Source of the DNA: the human T2T-CHM13v2.0 reference genome, Homo sapiens
NCBI RefSeq assembly: GCF_009914755.1
Contig: NC_060937.1
DNA length: 64,000 nucleotides
Strand: one strand, 5' to 3'
Part shown: positions 1 through 14,109 of the stretch, one piece after another
Numbering within the stretch: the stretch's first letter is position 1
Layout: each line of letters begins with the position of its first letter
The notes under the pieces: generated by a model
Told to the model about the DNA's origin: nothing
Databases searched by the model: none
Seen by the model: the letters and a program-made list of their open reading frames with translations, nothing else
Program-made: the position numbers and the translations under genes

Positions 1-2924
1 AACAAAATGTGTAAGTTAGTTACATATAGCTTTTTTATGTTTCATTTTAAATTACAGTGATTTAGTTTGCTTATATTATTATTTGAAGTGCCAAAGCTTA
101 ATATAATTTTTAGTGCTATACTAACAAGGTGCTGTATGTTTCTTTCATGATATTCCTTATTTAGAGAGTTTGGAAAATGGCAATTTCAGTAATTTAATAT
201 GTAAGACATATTGAAATTCTTCATAAATCATGGTAAAACAGGATTTTTGGAGGAAGGAATGTGATATGTGAAGTCACCGTGTAAATATCATGTCATTTGC
301 TGAAGTTGTCCTCATATTTTTCTCAAAATGTATTAGATGAACTCATTATAGTCAATGAAAAACAGTAAGAAAAAGAGACATCTGGCATCCAAATGCCTGT
401 TTCTGACAAGGTTAAGATCACTCTGGCTAGTAATGTTTCTGCTCTGTGTACTGACATTGCCTGTTGCTACAGAAACTGATAAGAGCTATTGAAAACTTAC
501 ATGCCTGTGATTAATATAACCTACACAGATGCAATCATTTATAGTTTTTCTGCAGTTCATGCCTAACTTCCTATTTGAATCATGGATTAAATCCTCAAAG
601 TACTTTAGTGTCACAAAGAGGTATTCTGGAAACACGAGTTATCTAAGTTGAAGTTTATGGTATCAACTGAGAGCATGTTCTGTTAAAGATGTAAATGCAT
701 ACTGAGAAATATGTAGGTTTTTTGACTACTGATCTGTTTTTTTATTGCTATTATAAAATATCCTATTGGCATTTAGTTTTATTTCTATGTAATATCACAG
801 CGTGTATGCTTTACAAAACATATTTATTTGAATAAAAGTCATTGAAATATCAAAATTACTACTTCCTTTTTGAAATCATTCTTTTATCAGCCTCAATAAA
901 AATAAAATTGAGATGTTTTTAGTACTATGTAAATATTTTGATGAGCTATTTGAAAATATTCTAATATTTGATTTCTAGAAACTTCTAATTGTGTTTTGTA
1001 ATCTAGAGATCAACATTTATATTGAAGTTTCAACTATCTAGTTAGAAAGTTAAACATTTTAATATCCATTGTAAGTCAAATAGTTGAGCAGAAAAGCAAA
1101 ATATTATGTAGTTGGTGGCAAAAGTCTTTTGATGTGGTAGCTTGTGAACACCAAATCAGATTTTATTTCCTTAGGTATTTTGTTTGCTAGTGAAATGCTT
1201 ATATTCCAGTCTAATATAGCTTGAGAAGTTTAAACTTTTTGTATAGCTGTTAATGTAACATGTCATATATAACGATACTTAGACATTATATTAATGGAAA
1301 GTCAAAACACTAGACCATATCTGTAAATTAGCTAAATTCACACTAAGTGTTAGATATGATTGTATGACTTCTGATAATTAAACTCTATAAAAATTAGCCC
1401 ATGCTAGTAACCATGACACTGTTTTGTTTTTGTTGTTGTTAAAGTTTTTGTTTCTGCATTTACATTTTCTGTCCTCTTGTCGCTATAACTATTTAAACTA
1501 TTTAATTCTCTCCTGATACTTTGCTGCAATTGTTTTCTCTCAAAAAATGTACAATCCATAGATACAAATGTATGTTAAAATATATTCAGTGGTATCTCTA
1601 ATAGTGAAAATAACTGCCTCAGTCATCTTATCTTCTCATTCTAGATTTGTAGGTTATTTTATCAACTTCCAAAATTTTGGCTATTGCCTCAGTTTGAATG
1701 ATCCCAAAATGTACGGCTATTCTTCTTTTGACCTACAGATATAAATATCTTAGAGATTCTGTAGACTAAAAGTGATTCAAAATTTAGTTAATTATTTTCC
1801 TGAAGAAATCTCATTTTCTTCCTTTCTCAGTTAGTGACGTATTACCACTCTTTTTCTTAACCTAGATATTTCAGAAATACCCTTAGTCTTCTCCTCCTTC
1901 TCATTTATAGGGTTACTATTCTAATTTAAGTCTTAGTCTTCTCTGACAAGATTTTATTAAAAATGCCAAACTATTGTCTTTACTTCTTACCTGTTTCCTT
2001 CTCTAGTCCTTTGCCTACTATTATTGACATTGTCTTGTCAAATGCAGTTATTTTAATTTTTAATCTTGGAAGCAGTAAAGAATCTACCCTGATTTTCACA
2101 TTGGTCATCCAATATGAATGTTTGAATATTATTATCATATTCCACAGATTAATCTATTCTTTCAGTCTATCATCTTTGACCAAACTAACAAATAAACAAA
2201 CAAAATTTAAATCTATTCAACAAATATGAGGAAAACTATGATATAACATTGCATTGTGATAAATGCGTATTTTAAGTCAGTTTAAATTAGTATTTGATAT
2301 TAGGAATATTGAATAATATGAGGATGTTATTTATTCCTAATTTAATGTATAGATTTGATATAATTTGACTCAAAAGAAAAGGGGGAGAAAAAAATGGGAG
2401 ATTTTATTTCAAAACCTGGCAACATTTTTCTGATGCTTATCCTAGAAAAAGTATTATAAATTCACACCCTCAGGAAATCTGAATGGTATGCCATTAGTTT
2501 AAATTCAAGCAATTAAAAAAACTGTCTAATAGACAACACCCAAGAATTGAGTCTGTTACTGACAAAATCCCTTCATATTGTTTTTAATTTTTTAGTATGT
2601 GTGTACAAAACTTTCAGAAGCTGTGATCACACCCAACAATTCTATCATCAGAACAACACTTCTACTAGAGATTTCACAAAAGATTTTGTGAGATGTCTTG
2701 CTGACATCAAGGTAGCCTATTTTCCTGTTGGGCAGTTTCCTGGTTTCTTGTCCTAACAACCTTTGAATTCAAAGAAACAAGCAAATAATAACAAAATCTA
2801 AGAGAAGTTATATAGAATTTACTGATTTTCAATTTTTAGGAGATCTTTGAAATAATTTAGTCTGTGCTTCTCATTTTCAAAGATTATGAAACTTTCAAAC
2901 TTAAATGCAAGTTTAAGCAATACA

Positions 2925-3070
2925 AATAGCTAACATTTACTGAGCTTCTACTTTAAAGTGAGAACTGCAGTGAATTTACATATAGTAGCTTAATGGTATC
3001 TTACTTTATTCAAAACGATTAAGTTAAGGACTGTTATCTCCATTATACTTAGATGAGATACACTTTTCAA
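2925..3070. mobile_element. MIR fragment
   Basis: aatagctaacatttactgagc ... ctgttatctccattatacttagatgaga resembles the MIR core; highly diverged. Confidence 0.5.
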
Positions 3071-3750
3071 GGTTATCGTTTAGAATTTGGTAACATTTTA
3101 TTATATGGAGAACTTTATTACATTAACCTTTGTATGATGAAATTTGATAGAAATTTAACATTTTAAAGATTTTTTTATTTCATTACTTTTAGTTGTTAAT
3201 ATTATATGTGTATTTCATTATCTGTGTAGTTATATGCACATATATGTTTCTGATTTAATTTTCACAAATTGAAATTTATATTTATTTACAAAGAATGAGC
3301 ATGAGTATTCCAAAATATAGGCCTTGTCCTTGAGGAACATTATTATATTATTAATGTATTTATTCTTTTGAACTAATCATTTGACTTGCTTTGCATTTTG
3401 CAAGTGTGTCAGAATTTTACGTATTGTAATTTTAAAATGATCTTCGATTATCTTGAATATTTCAGATATTATTAGTTATTGAAGTACCAAAGAAAGTATA
3501 AAAATGACTTTATATTTTTAAGGAAACTAATAGAGAAATATAAGAATTTCTCTTCTATGATTGGCAGCTAACAATCAAAGGATAAGAGGGGAACATCATA
3601 TAATTATTATTTATAAGCTGCTTTAGGAAATTGTTATAGGAACTATTTCCTGATGCTTTTGAAGGCATCAGTTTTGAAATGCCAGATGATTTAAGAAGCA
3701 AGAGGATTATTTTGATGCTCCCTGAACAAAATAGTAGGTGTATTGGATGA

Positions 3751-4154
<404 letters not shown>

Positions 4155-4227
4155 TGAAAACATTTGATTAATAATACAAGATTTTTACTTTCAAAGCTTT
4201 TTTCTAACCTAGTTTCTTTCATTACAG

Positions 4228-4666
4228 AAACACCTGCTGCATTTCCAGACACCATAAAAGAAAAAGAAACACCAACTCCTGGTGAAGATATTCAGGTAGA
4301 AAGTTCAATTCCCCATACAGATTCAGGAATTGGAGAGGAGCAAGTGGCTAGCATCCTGAATGGGGCAGAATTAGAAACAAGTACAGGCCCTGATGCCATG
4401 AGTGAACTCTTATCCACTTTGTCATCCGAAGTGAAGAAATCACAAGAGAGCTTAACTGAAAATCCTAGTGAAACGTTGAAGCCTGCAACATCCATATCTA
4501 GCATTAGTCAAACCAAAGGCATCAATGTGAAGGAAATACTGAAAAGTCTTGTGGCTGCTCCAGTTGAAATAGCAGAATGTGGCCCTGAACCTATCCCATA
4601 CCCAGATCCAGCATTGAAGAGAGAAACACAAGCTATTCTTCCTATGCAGTTTCATTCCTTTGACAG
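4228..4666 (+). CDS. NBEA: NBEA internal coding exon A (439 nt, phase 1 to 2): ETPAAFPDTIKEKETPTPGED...QAILPMQFHSFDR
   Basis: Acceptor tttctttcattacag|AAACA; donor GACAG|gtaggt; open frame inside ORF 4164..4670; peptide recognised as neurobeachin; joins the next exon in frame (AG+G = Arg). Confidence 0.95.
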
Positions 4667-5883
4667 GTAGGTACTGAACTTATTATTCACAGGGCTTTAT
4701 ACATAAAAGGAAAATTAGACTTTGTTAATTTTAAAATATAAGGAAGATCTTGAAAACTTTATTAACGTAGATTCTTATTACAAAGACAATCAAAATGATG
4801 GCTCAACCTAATCTTATAATAAGACATCTTAATAATACATCTTAAAGAAGAGGTTTCAATGTGATATGATGGATAGCACATTGAATTGGAAGTAGGGAAA
4901 CATGGATTATGGTTATATTCCATTATCAAAGGACTACAGTACATCGGGGTGTTATTTTTCTCTTTGGACTTAGTCGTTTCATGTACATAATGGGGAAGGG
5001 GATGGGTCACATCTGTCCAAGGTTTATCCTGGCTCTGAAATTCCATTATAATATTATAAAATACTATAATAATTGTTGGAGATTATATGACATGCTTTAA
5101 GTGATAATATTTAAATTTGAACCTTAAATGGAAGTATATGGAAAAATTTTAAAATTGTTTGTGGTCATCTTCTTTATGAGATTTCCAATACCAATGTAAA
5201 AGCTGTATTTTGAAGCATGTATTTAAAAGTAAATATTTTTGAAAGGTATTTTGGCATTTTAGGTATCGAAACTATTTATAACATGGCCCATATGTCATAT
5301 ATCTACATTCAAATGTTAAATCATGCAAGGAATTTTTTTAAGGAACAATTAACTTTTTATTCCAGTATACATTCAATAAAAATGATAGTTCACAGAAGCA
5401 GAATAAGATATTTTAGAACCTAATACCCTAGTCATCTAATATCTTCCACTATTTAAAAACATGTGCAAGATTAGAAGAATATTTTAGTCACTAATTACTA
5501 ACAGTAGTACTTAACATTGATCACTGGGGTTAATGCCTATTCCAAATAATGTTTGCGTGTTAATGTATTAACTGAAAAATGTGATGGCTTACCTTTTAAA
5601 GTAAATCATTGTTATTGATGTTTTAAAACATCTTTTCATACCAAAAATTTATGTATATGTATGAGGTGATTGACAAGCAAGTGTTTTTTTTGTTTTAGAA
5701 AGACAAGATCAAATTAGGAAATAAAATGTTTCTAAATGGAAATGTCAAAGTATATAGTCAAAAAATAATATCTATTCCATATTGCTTTCTCTAAAGTAGC
5801 CAGACTGCTCTTGTTCTAAGTAACATTTTAGTTTAGGGGTAGAGGATGTGGCGGTATAGTCATTTCAGTTTGGATGAATACCC

Positions 5884-6163
5884 TTTTTTTTTTGTTTTTG
5901 AGATGGAGTCTCACTCTGTCACCCAGGCTAGAGTGCAGTGGTGCGATCTTGGCTCACTGCAACCTCCACCTCCTGGGTTCAAGCAATTCTCTCCTCAGCC
6001 TCCTGAGTAGCACCTGCCACCACGCCTGGCTAATTTTTGTATTTTTAGTAGAGACGGGGTTTCAACATCTTGGCCAGGCTGGTCTTGAACTCTGACCTCA
6101 TGATCCACCCGCCTTTGCCTCCCAAAGTGCTAGGATTACAGGCGTGCGCCACCGCACCTGGCC
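5884..6163 (-). mobile_element. AluS with a small internal deletion
   Basis: Antisense Alu consensus; flanks gaatacccttt / gaattacccttt are TSD-like. Confidence 0.93.
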
Positions 6164-7049
6164 GAATTACCCTTTTAATACACAATATAATTTAAACTTT
6201 GCCTGTAAACACTTTTGCCAGTGTTTTACAAATACGTCTTGAAAATCTGTTGTGGAAAATGTTAAGTGGCACTGGTTATCATGCAGAATATAAAGATGAA
6301 TAAAATTAGTTTTATCTTCTATGAATTTAGAGAGTAGTAAGAAGATGTTTGCAAATAATTGCTATAATAGATAAAATGTGTGGTGTCAGAAGTTTTAAAA
6401 AGTAAAAAATGGTAGGACTATAAAATGTAAGAAATATTTTTCTTTTTTTGGTATTTTGGTATTAATATTGTGTTTGGATGTTCATTCATATAGTGATGTT
6501 CCCTGGGTGTTCCTTATGATGTTTCACATTTATTTCACCTTTTTCACATATTTGGTTTATGTTTTCACGATATGCCTATATGTGTGTTTATAAGTTTGTA
6601 TAAACATATGCATGTAAGTATATGTACTTGTGTATTTCTATAAGCCTATAAGGTAATATATAGTAATTTAAGTTTTGTATTCTAGTTAATTTTAAATTAT
6701 ATCTTTAAATGTTGGTAAAATACAAACCAATAAATACAGATGATTATTGTGATTTACATATGAAAATCCAATGAAATAAACATTAAGTAAAATTTTTTGT
6801 TTTAATTTGGATTATTGTTAGAATGAGTTTTTTAATTAAAACTTTAAAAAGCAGTCACCTGAGTGCTAATATTCTTAGCTACTCAAAATTTATTATACTT
6901 TTGAGAATATTGCTTTAAGAAAAATACAGCTTTTTATGTTCCTATAGCATTTGTACAAAATGCAGTAGGAGTGGAATCATTATTCTAAATTGCATAAGTA
7001 CAAATGAAATGGAAGAGCACAAAGCATATTTCAGTTCTTTTTAGGAAAA

Positions 7050-7720
7050 GAGTCTCTAGTGTAGTTAATATATGCAATAGCTCAAGTACTATCAAATGTA
7101 AATGATGAGGTGATATTGATGAAAGGAGGGGATTGAGGTCTCGGGGGCGCTGATGACGGATTGAACAGAAGCGGCCTTGCACTGCACGTAACTCAAGTCT
7201 GTCGTCTTCACTACTCAAAGCCATAATGGGAGGTGGCAGTTTGAAATGAGTTGCCACGGCAAAGAGTATTATTTTTGAAATGCTTTCACACAAATCACTA
7301 GGCCCTGCATACAACTTAGTTTCATGCTTTAATGTCATCAGGAGGCACAAATTGGTGTGTCTAATTGTTTGCCACCTGCCAGCAAAATGAGCTGCCAGCC
7401 AGCCAGACGGGTTTGATTGTCTGTCAGCCATTCAATAGATTGAGAGTGACAACATCAAAAATTTAACTTCAAACTCTGAAGCTTTGAGCAGCTTTTCAGA
7501 GACATCATCCCCACAAGTGCTTCTGGACCAGTGCATTTTTCAATTATACTTCCAGGGTATTGCTACCATTTGCCTTATCTGTCTTAAGGTAGCTATAATT
7601 ACATTATGAGGTATATAAACATGTTTCTGAAGCACTAATGTCTGAAATCCAAGTTATGACATGTCTTTTAACATCAGATTGAATTCGTTGAAAATGAGAT
7701 CCAGGATGACAGGCTTTAGA
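7050..7720. promoter_or_regulatory. Candidate conserved non-coding element / enhancer
   Basis: Non-repetitive, higher GC than flanks, 8 CpGs in 7142-7409, TGATTG and CTGTCA (PBX/MEIS-like) at 7414-7426, TAAT homeobox cores. Conservation is inferred, not measured. Confidence 0.55.
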
Positions 7721-10199
7721 ATGAAAGTCCTGAATGCTACCGGTTTCAAACACAGAATCTATCATGGGTCTTACTTTACCAATAACGTGTTTTTCATTTT
7801 AATCTTTAGTTGAAAAGTAGATATAAACTCAGTTGGTCGCTTCTTTGTAACTAAATCACACTCCTAATAATATTGTACAGTCTCAATAGAATTCATGTAG
7901 GATTTTACTTTTGTTAACCAGTTGTTTATTGATTATATTGCAGACATGCTAACAATGATTTCCTTATACTTATCCTGGATTTTAAATTTGGAAATAATTT
8001 CCTAGAACAACTGGGATAATTTGAGTTATGTTAACTTGTGTTCTACGTCGAGTGTATCTCACCCCTTAGGATGGAGCATTGGTGAATTTCAGTGTTTTGA
8101 AGTTTATAATAAAAAATTGCAACATCAAATTCTTAGAAACATTTAGACTTAATTAAAATAAACCTTTTTTCTTTACTATTACATATTTCATCAGATTATG
8201 AAATATTACATAAATGTTCTGTACATATAAGGAAAGTACTGATTCTTTTTCTATTTCCTTCAGTCATCTGTGCAGATTAAGTATATATCTTTGATTATAC
8301 TCAGTGATCCGAACAGATGTGTACTCATGAAGTATTAAAATGCTAGAGATCCTCTAGTACTGTTCTATAATGAGCAAACACTGTATGTAAAGAGGAAATA
8401 CAATCATAAAACTATAACAATTTTTTCAAAGTTCTGTTACTGTGAGGCAGAGAGAAATATTTATGATGGTTTTATTTTTAACAGAAAAGCTTAATAATCT
8501 CATTTTAGAATTCTTAAATCAAGTTGCCAAGTTCTCTAACAATACTATCTCTTTAGATAGATTGCTATATTTATCGATGGTTTATAAAATGTTTTAATTG
8601 AGCTATTATTTTTCATGTACTGTGTAACTTTTACTTTGGAGTAATGCTTTTATCTAAAGCCACCAATTAACCTTTTACTTACCTTTTAAACTAAAAATTT
8701 AATCTTATATATCTGCATGCTTTTTATCTTTTGAGTGTTTGGTATATATATATATCTATGTTTTGGTTTAGTTTTAACTTCCTAGGATTTCCAGAGATTC
8801 CCACTTAGTTTGAACAAAAGACAAAAAAAAAAAAAAAAATAGAGGGCAATGTGCTTCTCATACATTTTTAACTGTTAGTATGTTTTTAAAAATTGTTTTA
8901 AGTGTGTGATATCACACAAAGCTTATAGTTGTGTTGCTTCTTTGGCTAACAGACCTCAAACTTACACTTCACTTTTTCAGATTTTGCAAACCTCCTGTAT
9001 TCAAATTACTGGGTTTGATATATTCAGGGAAACTAGTAGGTATTTTTTCCTCAAAATTTTAATATCCTTGCTTCCCAGTGTTTAATTATCTGAAAAAGAA
9101 AAATCTATTTTGTAAATAATATAGGGCCAAAAAAGCAACTTAGATAGACTTCATATTATTAACCATGAAGTATAAGCTTGAGCTAGGTATTTTCTCTTTA
9201 GTTTCATTAGTATTCTAATATTGATATTAGTGGTAAGGATGAAATTTCAGGGTAAATATTTTTAAAAATATTGAGTAGAGTTAATGAGGTCTTATGTTGA
9301 TTTATTTAAAGTTAGAATTAAGTAACTATGAAAAATTATAATTACTTCTGAAGACTTCAATTTGTTCTTATTACTTTCTATTTTTTTAAAAAAGTATTTT
9401 GACCCTATCACTTAAAAGATGAACAAATAAACGTAAGCCAAATTGATTATTCATCTTCCAGCCTTTACAATTGAAATTTTCTACATCTAGCCACTGTAAT
9501 TTCTGCTTTTATTATGCTGCAAGTGCCCTGAGTATATATTTTAAGGTCAATTGCTGGAAGATTCAGTTTTGACTGAGCATGTTTGTGTCCTCATTTCCCC
9601 AATGTTGTTGACTTTGTGTCTCCTGGCATTTATAGAGAGCTGAATAAAGTTCAGTGAGCTGAATAAAGTATCTCTCATTAATAGGTGATTTAATGAGATT
9701 CTTTATTGTTTCTTAAACATATTTTTTTATATTGCAATTCTCAAATATTTTACAAAATAAGGAAGCATGATAGATAACATCATGAGAGCATTCACCTTGC
9801 GATTTCTGATGAACTGAAGTAAATTGTCATGTTATCCTAGAATCAGTAACAAATTATTTTTCTCTTTTAAGTTTCAACGTTTTCTTTCAAGATACATATT
9901 TAACATCCACATCCTAGTTAGAGAGTGATAATCTGGAAATTAGGGGAACTGGATATTAATAGTTGGTCTCTCTTCAATTTGTTCCAGGACCTTGATCCAT
10001 TCTTTTTGGCTCTCTGGAACTCAGTTTCCCAACCCATATAATATGATATAAAGCTACATGATTTCTAAAAAGTCTCATAAATTTCCAAAATCCTATTTAA
10101 ATGAAATGGGCTTATTATTAGTCCCCCAAAGCAACAGATAGATATTTTCGAGCTTGGCTAAAAGATTTGAATCCCAGAAAAGGTGCATCTCCATTCTCA

Positions 10200-12026
10200 A
10201 ACTACATTAGCCCCTCAGCGTCTCTAAGGTGGATTCTTTCTGTTACCTCCTAACTGCCCTCACTATTTCCATGTTTCCTCTCTCACCCCAAATTTATCTT
10301 TTACATTTATGCCATAGACATTTTTCTAAAGTGTGAAGCTGATGAAAATTCTGAAATAATTCTTGTTATTTATATAATAAAGGAGGATTATTTTAGTTTG
10401 GAATAGAAAGTCCACACCTTTCACCAGCCAGAAGTATCTAAAGCAATTCCTTTAACCTACCTTGTTTTTTCATGTCTCTTTGCCTTGCTAGGTTTTTACT
10501 ATTAAATTTTTGTATGCACTTTTCCCTACTTGGTTAATTTCTATTGATCCTTTTCATTTCAGCCCACTCTTCCTTGATTGTGCACAGCCTGTGTTCCTGA
10601 AAGGTCCTGGGCATAACTCTGACCAGGTCAATTATTGAAATATATTGCATGGTCAGTTTGTGTGTCATATTCCTTAAAGTATCTAAGGAATATGCCCCAG
10701 GGCATGGGGCATGTATTATTTGTCTTGTGTCTCCCAAACTTAGTGTAATCCCCTGTTAGTGCTCAAACAGTAGAAGGGAACAGAAAGAACGGGATTCTTA
10801 TAGTGTGCCATGAATAATTATAAAACTCACTTGCCTTAATGAGTCACTGTTTAAAAGCTCTTTCTTATCTTCAGTATCTCCGTTTGTACCTAGGATAAAC
10901 CATGATGTACACAGATAAGATAGTATCCCTGTTTTTACAAAATTTACCGAACTGTTTAATGGAGACTGCCAATACCCTATCCTTATACCACTTTTCCTGT
11001 CCCTTTGCATTCACTTCTTTGGCCATCTCATCCACTCTCCTGGCATTAAATAGCATCTGTATGCTGATGACTCTTATATTTATATCTTAGTTTGAACCTC
11101 TTTTCTAAACTAGAGACTTATCTATCCAATTGCTTATTCAACATTGCTATTTGGATGATTAAAAAGAGGTATAAAAAATTAGTATAAGAAAGCTGCTCCA
11201 ACCATATTCTTCCCTATCTTAGTTAATGGCAACTTGTCCTTTCTGTTACTTAAGGCAAATTTTTTTGCATAATCCTTGACTTTACTCTCATGTTCACCTC
11301 CAGTTCTTATTTAAATCTTATTTGCTCTGCCTTCTTAATATTGCCAAAATTTGAATCACTTCTCACCAGGTTTTACTTTGCTATTCCACTCCAAACCACC
11401 ATCATTTCTTGTTTGTAGTATTGTAGTCTCCTAGCCATTCTCCACAGTAACCATTGTCCCTCCTAAGACTATCTGTGACATAGCAGCCAGAGTAGTCCTA
11501 TTATAACATAAGGTTATATCCTTCTGTGCATAAGCCTTCATGGTTTCTCATCCCTCTCTGAATAAAAGCCAGCATCTATACAATGGACTACAAGGCCCTG
11601 TGAACTCAGCCCTCTTACTTATCTCATCTCTTACAGCTCTCCATGTCACCCAGTATTCTCTTGTCACACTAGCCTTTGTACTGTTACCTCTGCCTGTGAT
11701 GCTCTTCTCTAGATAGCCTCCTGGCTTATTCTTTCACCCCCTTCAGTGTTCTCTCAAATACTACCATTTTTTGTCAATCTTCTCTGAGCCGCCCTTTCAA
11801 CATTATTCCTTCTTCTTATCTATGCTTTATTTTTCTTACAGCACTTAACATCTGATATACTATATTTACTCATTTATGTTACTGTATTTGCTATATCTCT
11901 GTATTGAAATGTCAGTTCCATGAGAGCAGGGATTTTATTCTATATATTGCTATATCTCCAGAACTTACGTCAGTTCCACACACATTGCAATGCTCAATAA
12001 ATATTTGTTGAATGAATGAGTGAATG
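10200..12026 (+). mobile_element. L2 LINE fragments (3' ends)
   Basis: tgctgatgactc...; ends in the typical L2 terminus ctcaataaatatttgttgaatgaatgagtgaat; a second, weaker fragment lies at about 10200-10770. Confidence 0.75.
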
Positions 12027-12359
12027 TATCACCTCTAGCTTTGAGATAGGATAAATTCAATGATGGAAGAATTCACACTTACATGTATTACTTATTAGTC
12101 AATTTATTAAAATCATATAATCAATTAATGAAATATTTTATCAAGTGAATTAGATTGAAATATGTCCTGGCTTATACCACTTTGATGATAACTTTTACAA
12201 CCTTGGAGTGTGTATAGATTCTATGTAGTATAAAAGAATTATCCACTTTCTTGTAGTTAAGAGTCTTAAAGATGTGTGATAGAAGTTTGAAATTGTGTGG
12301 AAAGCATAGTATTGAGATTTTTTAAAAAATTCCATTGGTAAGGAATATGTAGAATAGAG

Positions 12360-13021
12360 CAGGGGTCCCCACCCCTGGGCCATGGACTGGTACCGGTCTG
12401 TGGCCTGTCAGGAACCAGACAGCAGGAGGTAAGCAGTGGGCAAGTAAACAAAGCTTCATCTGCATTTACAGCTGCTCCTCATTGCTCGCATTACTGCCTG
12501 AGCTCTGTTTCCTGTCAGATCAGTGGTGGCATTGGATTCTTCTAGGAGTACAAACCCTACTGTGAACTGTGCATGTGAGGGATCAAGGTTAAGTACTCCT
12601 TATGATAATCTAATGCCTGATGATCTGTGACTGTATTAGTTTGTTTTCACACTGCTGATAAAGACATACCGAAGCCTGGGAAGGAATAAAAGGTTTAATT
12701 GGACTTACAGTTCCACATGGCTGGGGAGGCCTCAGAATCATGGCAGGAGTGAAAGGCGCTTCTTATATGGTGGTAGCAAGAGAAAATGAAGAAGCAGCAG
12801 AAGTGGAAACCCCTGATAAACCCATCAGATCTCATGAGACTTATTCACTATCACGAGAATAACACAGGAAAGACCGGCCCTCGTGATTCAATTACCTGCC
12901 TGCCCCTAGGTCCCTCCCACAACATGTGGGAAGTCTGGGAGATACAATTAAAGTTGAGATTTGGGTGGGGACACAGCCAAACCATATCAGTCACTGGTGC
13001 CAAAAGCTTTGGGGACCACTG
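12360..13021. mobile_element. MER1 (hAT-Charlie) DNA transposon, interrupted by a THE1 LTR
   Basis: TIRs caggggtcccca / ttggggaccactg; 8-bp TSD gaatagag (12352-12359) / gagtagag (13022-13029). Confidence 0.88.
12632..12989 (-). mobile_element. THE1 (THE1B-like) MaLR solo LTR
   Basis: tgtattagt...cactgctgataaagacatacc...ggggacacagccaaaccatatca; 5-bp TSD gtgac/gtcac. Confidence 0.92.
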
Positions 13022-14109
13022 GAGTAGAGGATTCAAGGTATCCGTCAGGATGAATAGCAGATCTAAAAGAAGAGCATAATACCTGAATAGTTTAGTTCAA
13101 TGGCTCTTAACCTTTTTGTGGCTATGTATGTTTTTGAAATTCATTAAAAACTATATGTTCACTCTAAAAAAATGTTTTTACCACCAAAATTTGTATATAT
13201 TTTAGTGTATTTATCTACCCTAAATAGGTTACCCACAGTAGGTACCTAGACTTCTAGGTAAGATTTTTTTGGTGTAGATGGAATAGATAGCCAGTGTGAA
13301 ACGTTGTGTAACAATCTGATAGAAGATTTTATAAGAGTTGAAAATTTTTACTCTCATATATGAATAGTTGCTAATACCAAGTAACATTTTAAAAGATAAT
13401 TAATTTGTTATCAACACATACTGGTTAGTGTGGACTTTCAAATTAATTGTAAGATTGATTGCTAAGAAAGAGAATGGTTTGAGATAAAAGGGAAGGGGTA
13501 ATGTTGGTGAAGAAACAATATTAAGGACAAGAACGTGCAGTCCTTTAGTCCTAGATAAACAGTTTGGCCATCTGAATCAAAGGGGAAATAGTTCTTACAA
13601 ACTCATAATGTAGGTGCAGAAAAAGATCGGAGAAATCGGTCAAATACAGGTTCCTGCTTCTCTCAACTAAACCCTTGTAACTTGGTCATCTCAGCCATTT
13701 GAACACATAAGTGATTAGAAACTGGAATTCATAAAAATTATCAGAGATTTTTTTCTTCTTGTTGGTCCTAATTTGGTATTCTGAAGTACATGGAAGTTTC
13801 ATTTTGTTTTCTTATCAGACTTTCAGATTTTTTAAAAATGCTGTAACTTTTTCTCACCCTTTTACTGTAATTTTCTGTCCTTTCAGCCTTTCCTCATATG
13901 ACTTGTTTTCCAGATCAACTGTCATCCTAACTGTTCTCTTAGGGACATGATTCTGTTTGTCATTATCCTTGAAATATAGTGCCTAAAACTACACGTATGA
14001 GATATGACAATAGCAGAGTATATGAGGATTATTGCTTCTTTCAGTCTGGGTATTTTTGCTGATATAGACCCAGACTATATCAGCACTTTTGGGAGCCATA
14101 GCAATACTC

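Noticed and set aside
4292-4655. Minus-strand ORFs over exon A
   Set aside because: Antisense shadows of the real coding exon.
7102-7160. C/D-box-like motifs (ATGATGA at 7102, CTGA/TGATGA at 7150) suggesting an intronic snoRNA
   Set aside because: No terminal stem or recognisable rRNA/snRNA guide, and the position is far from a branch point; such motifs are common by chance.
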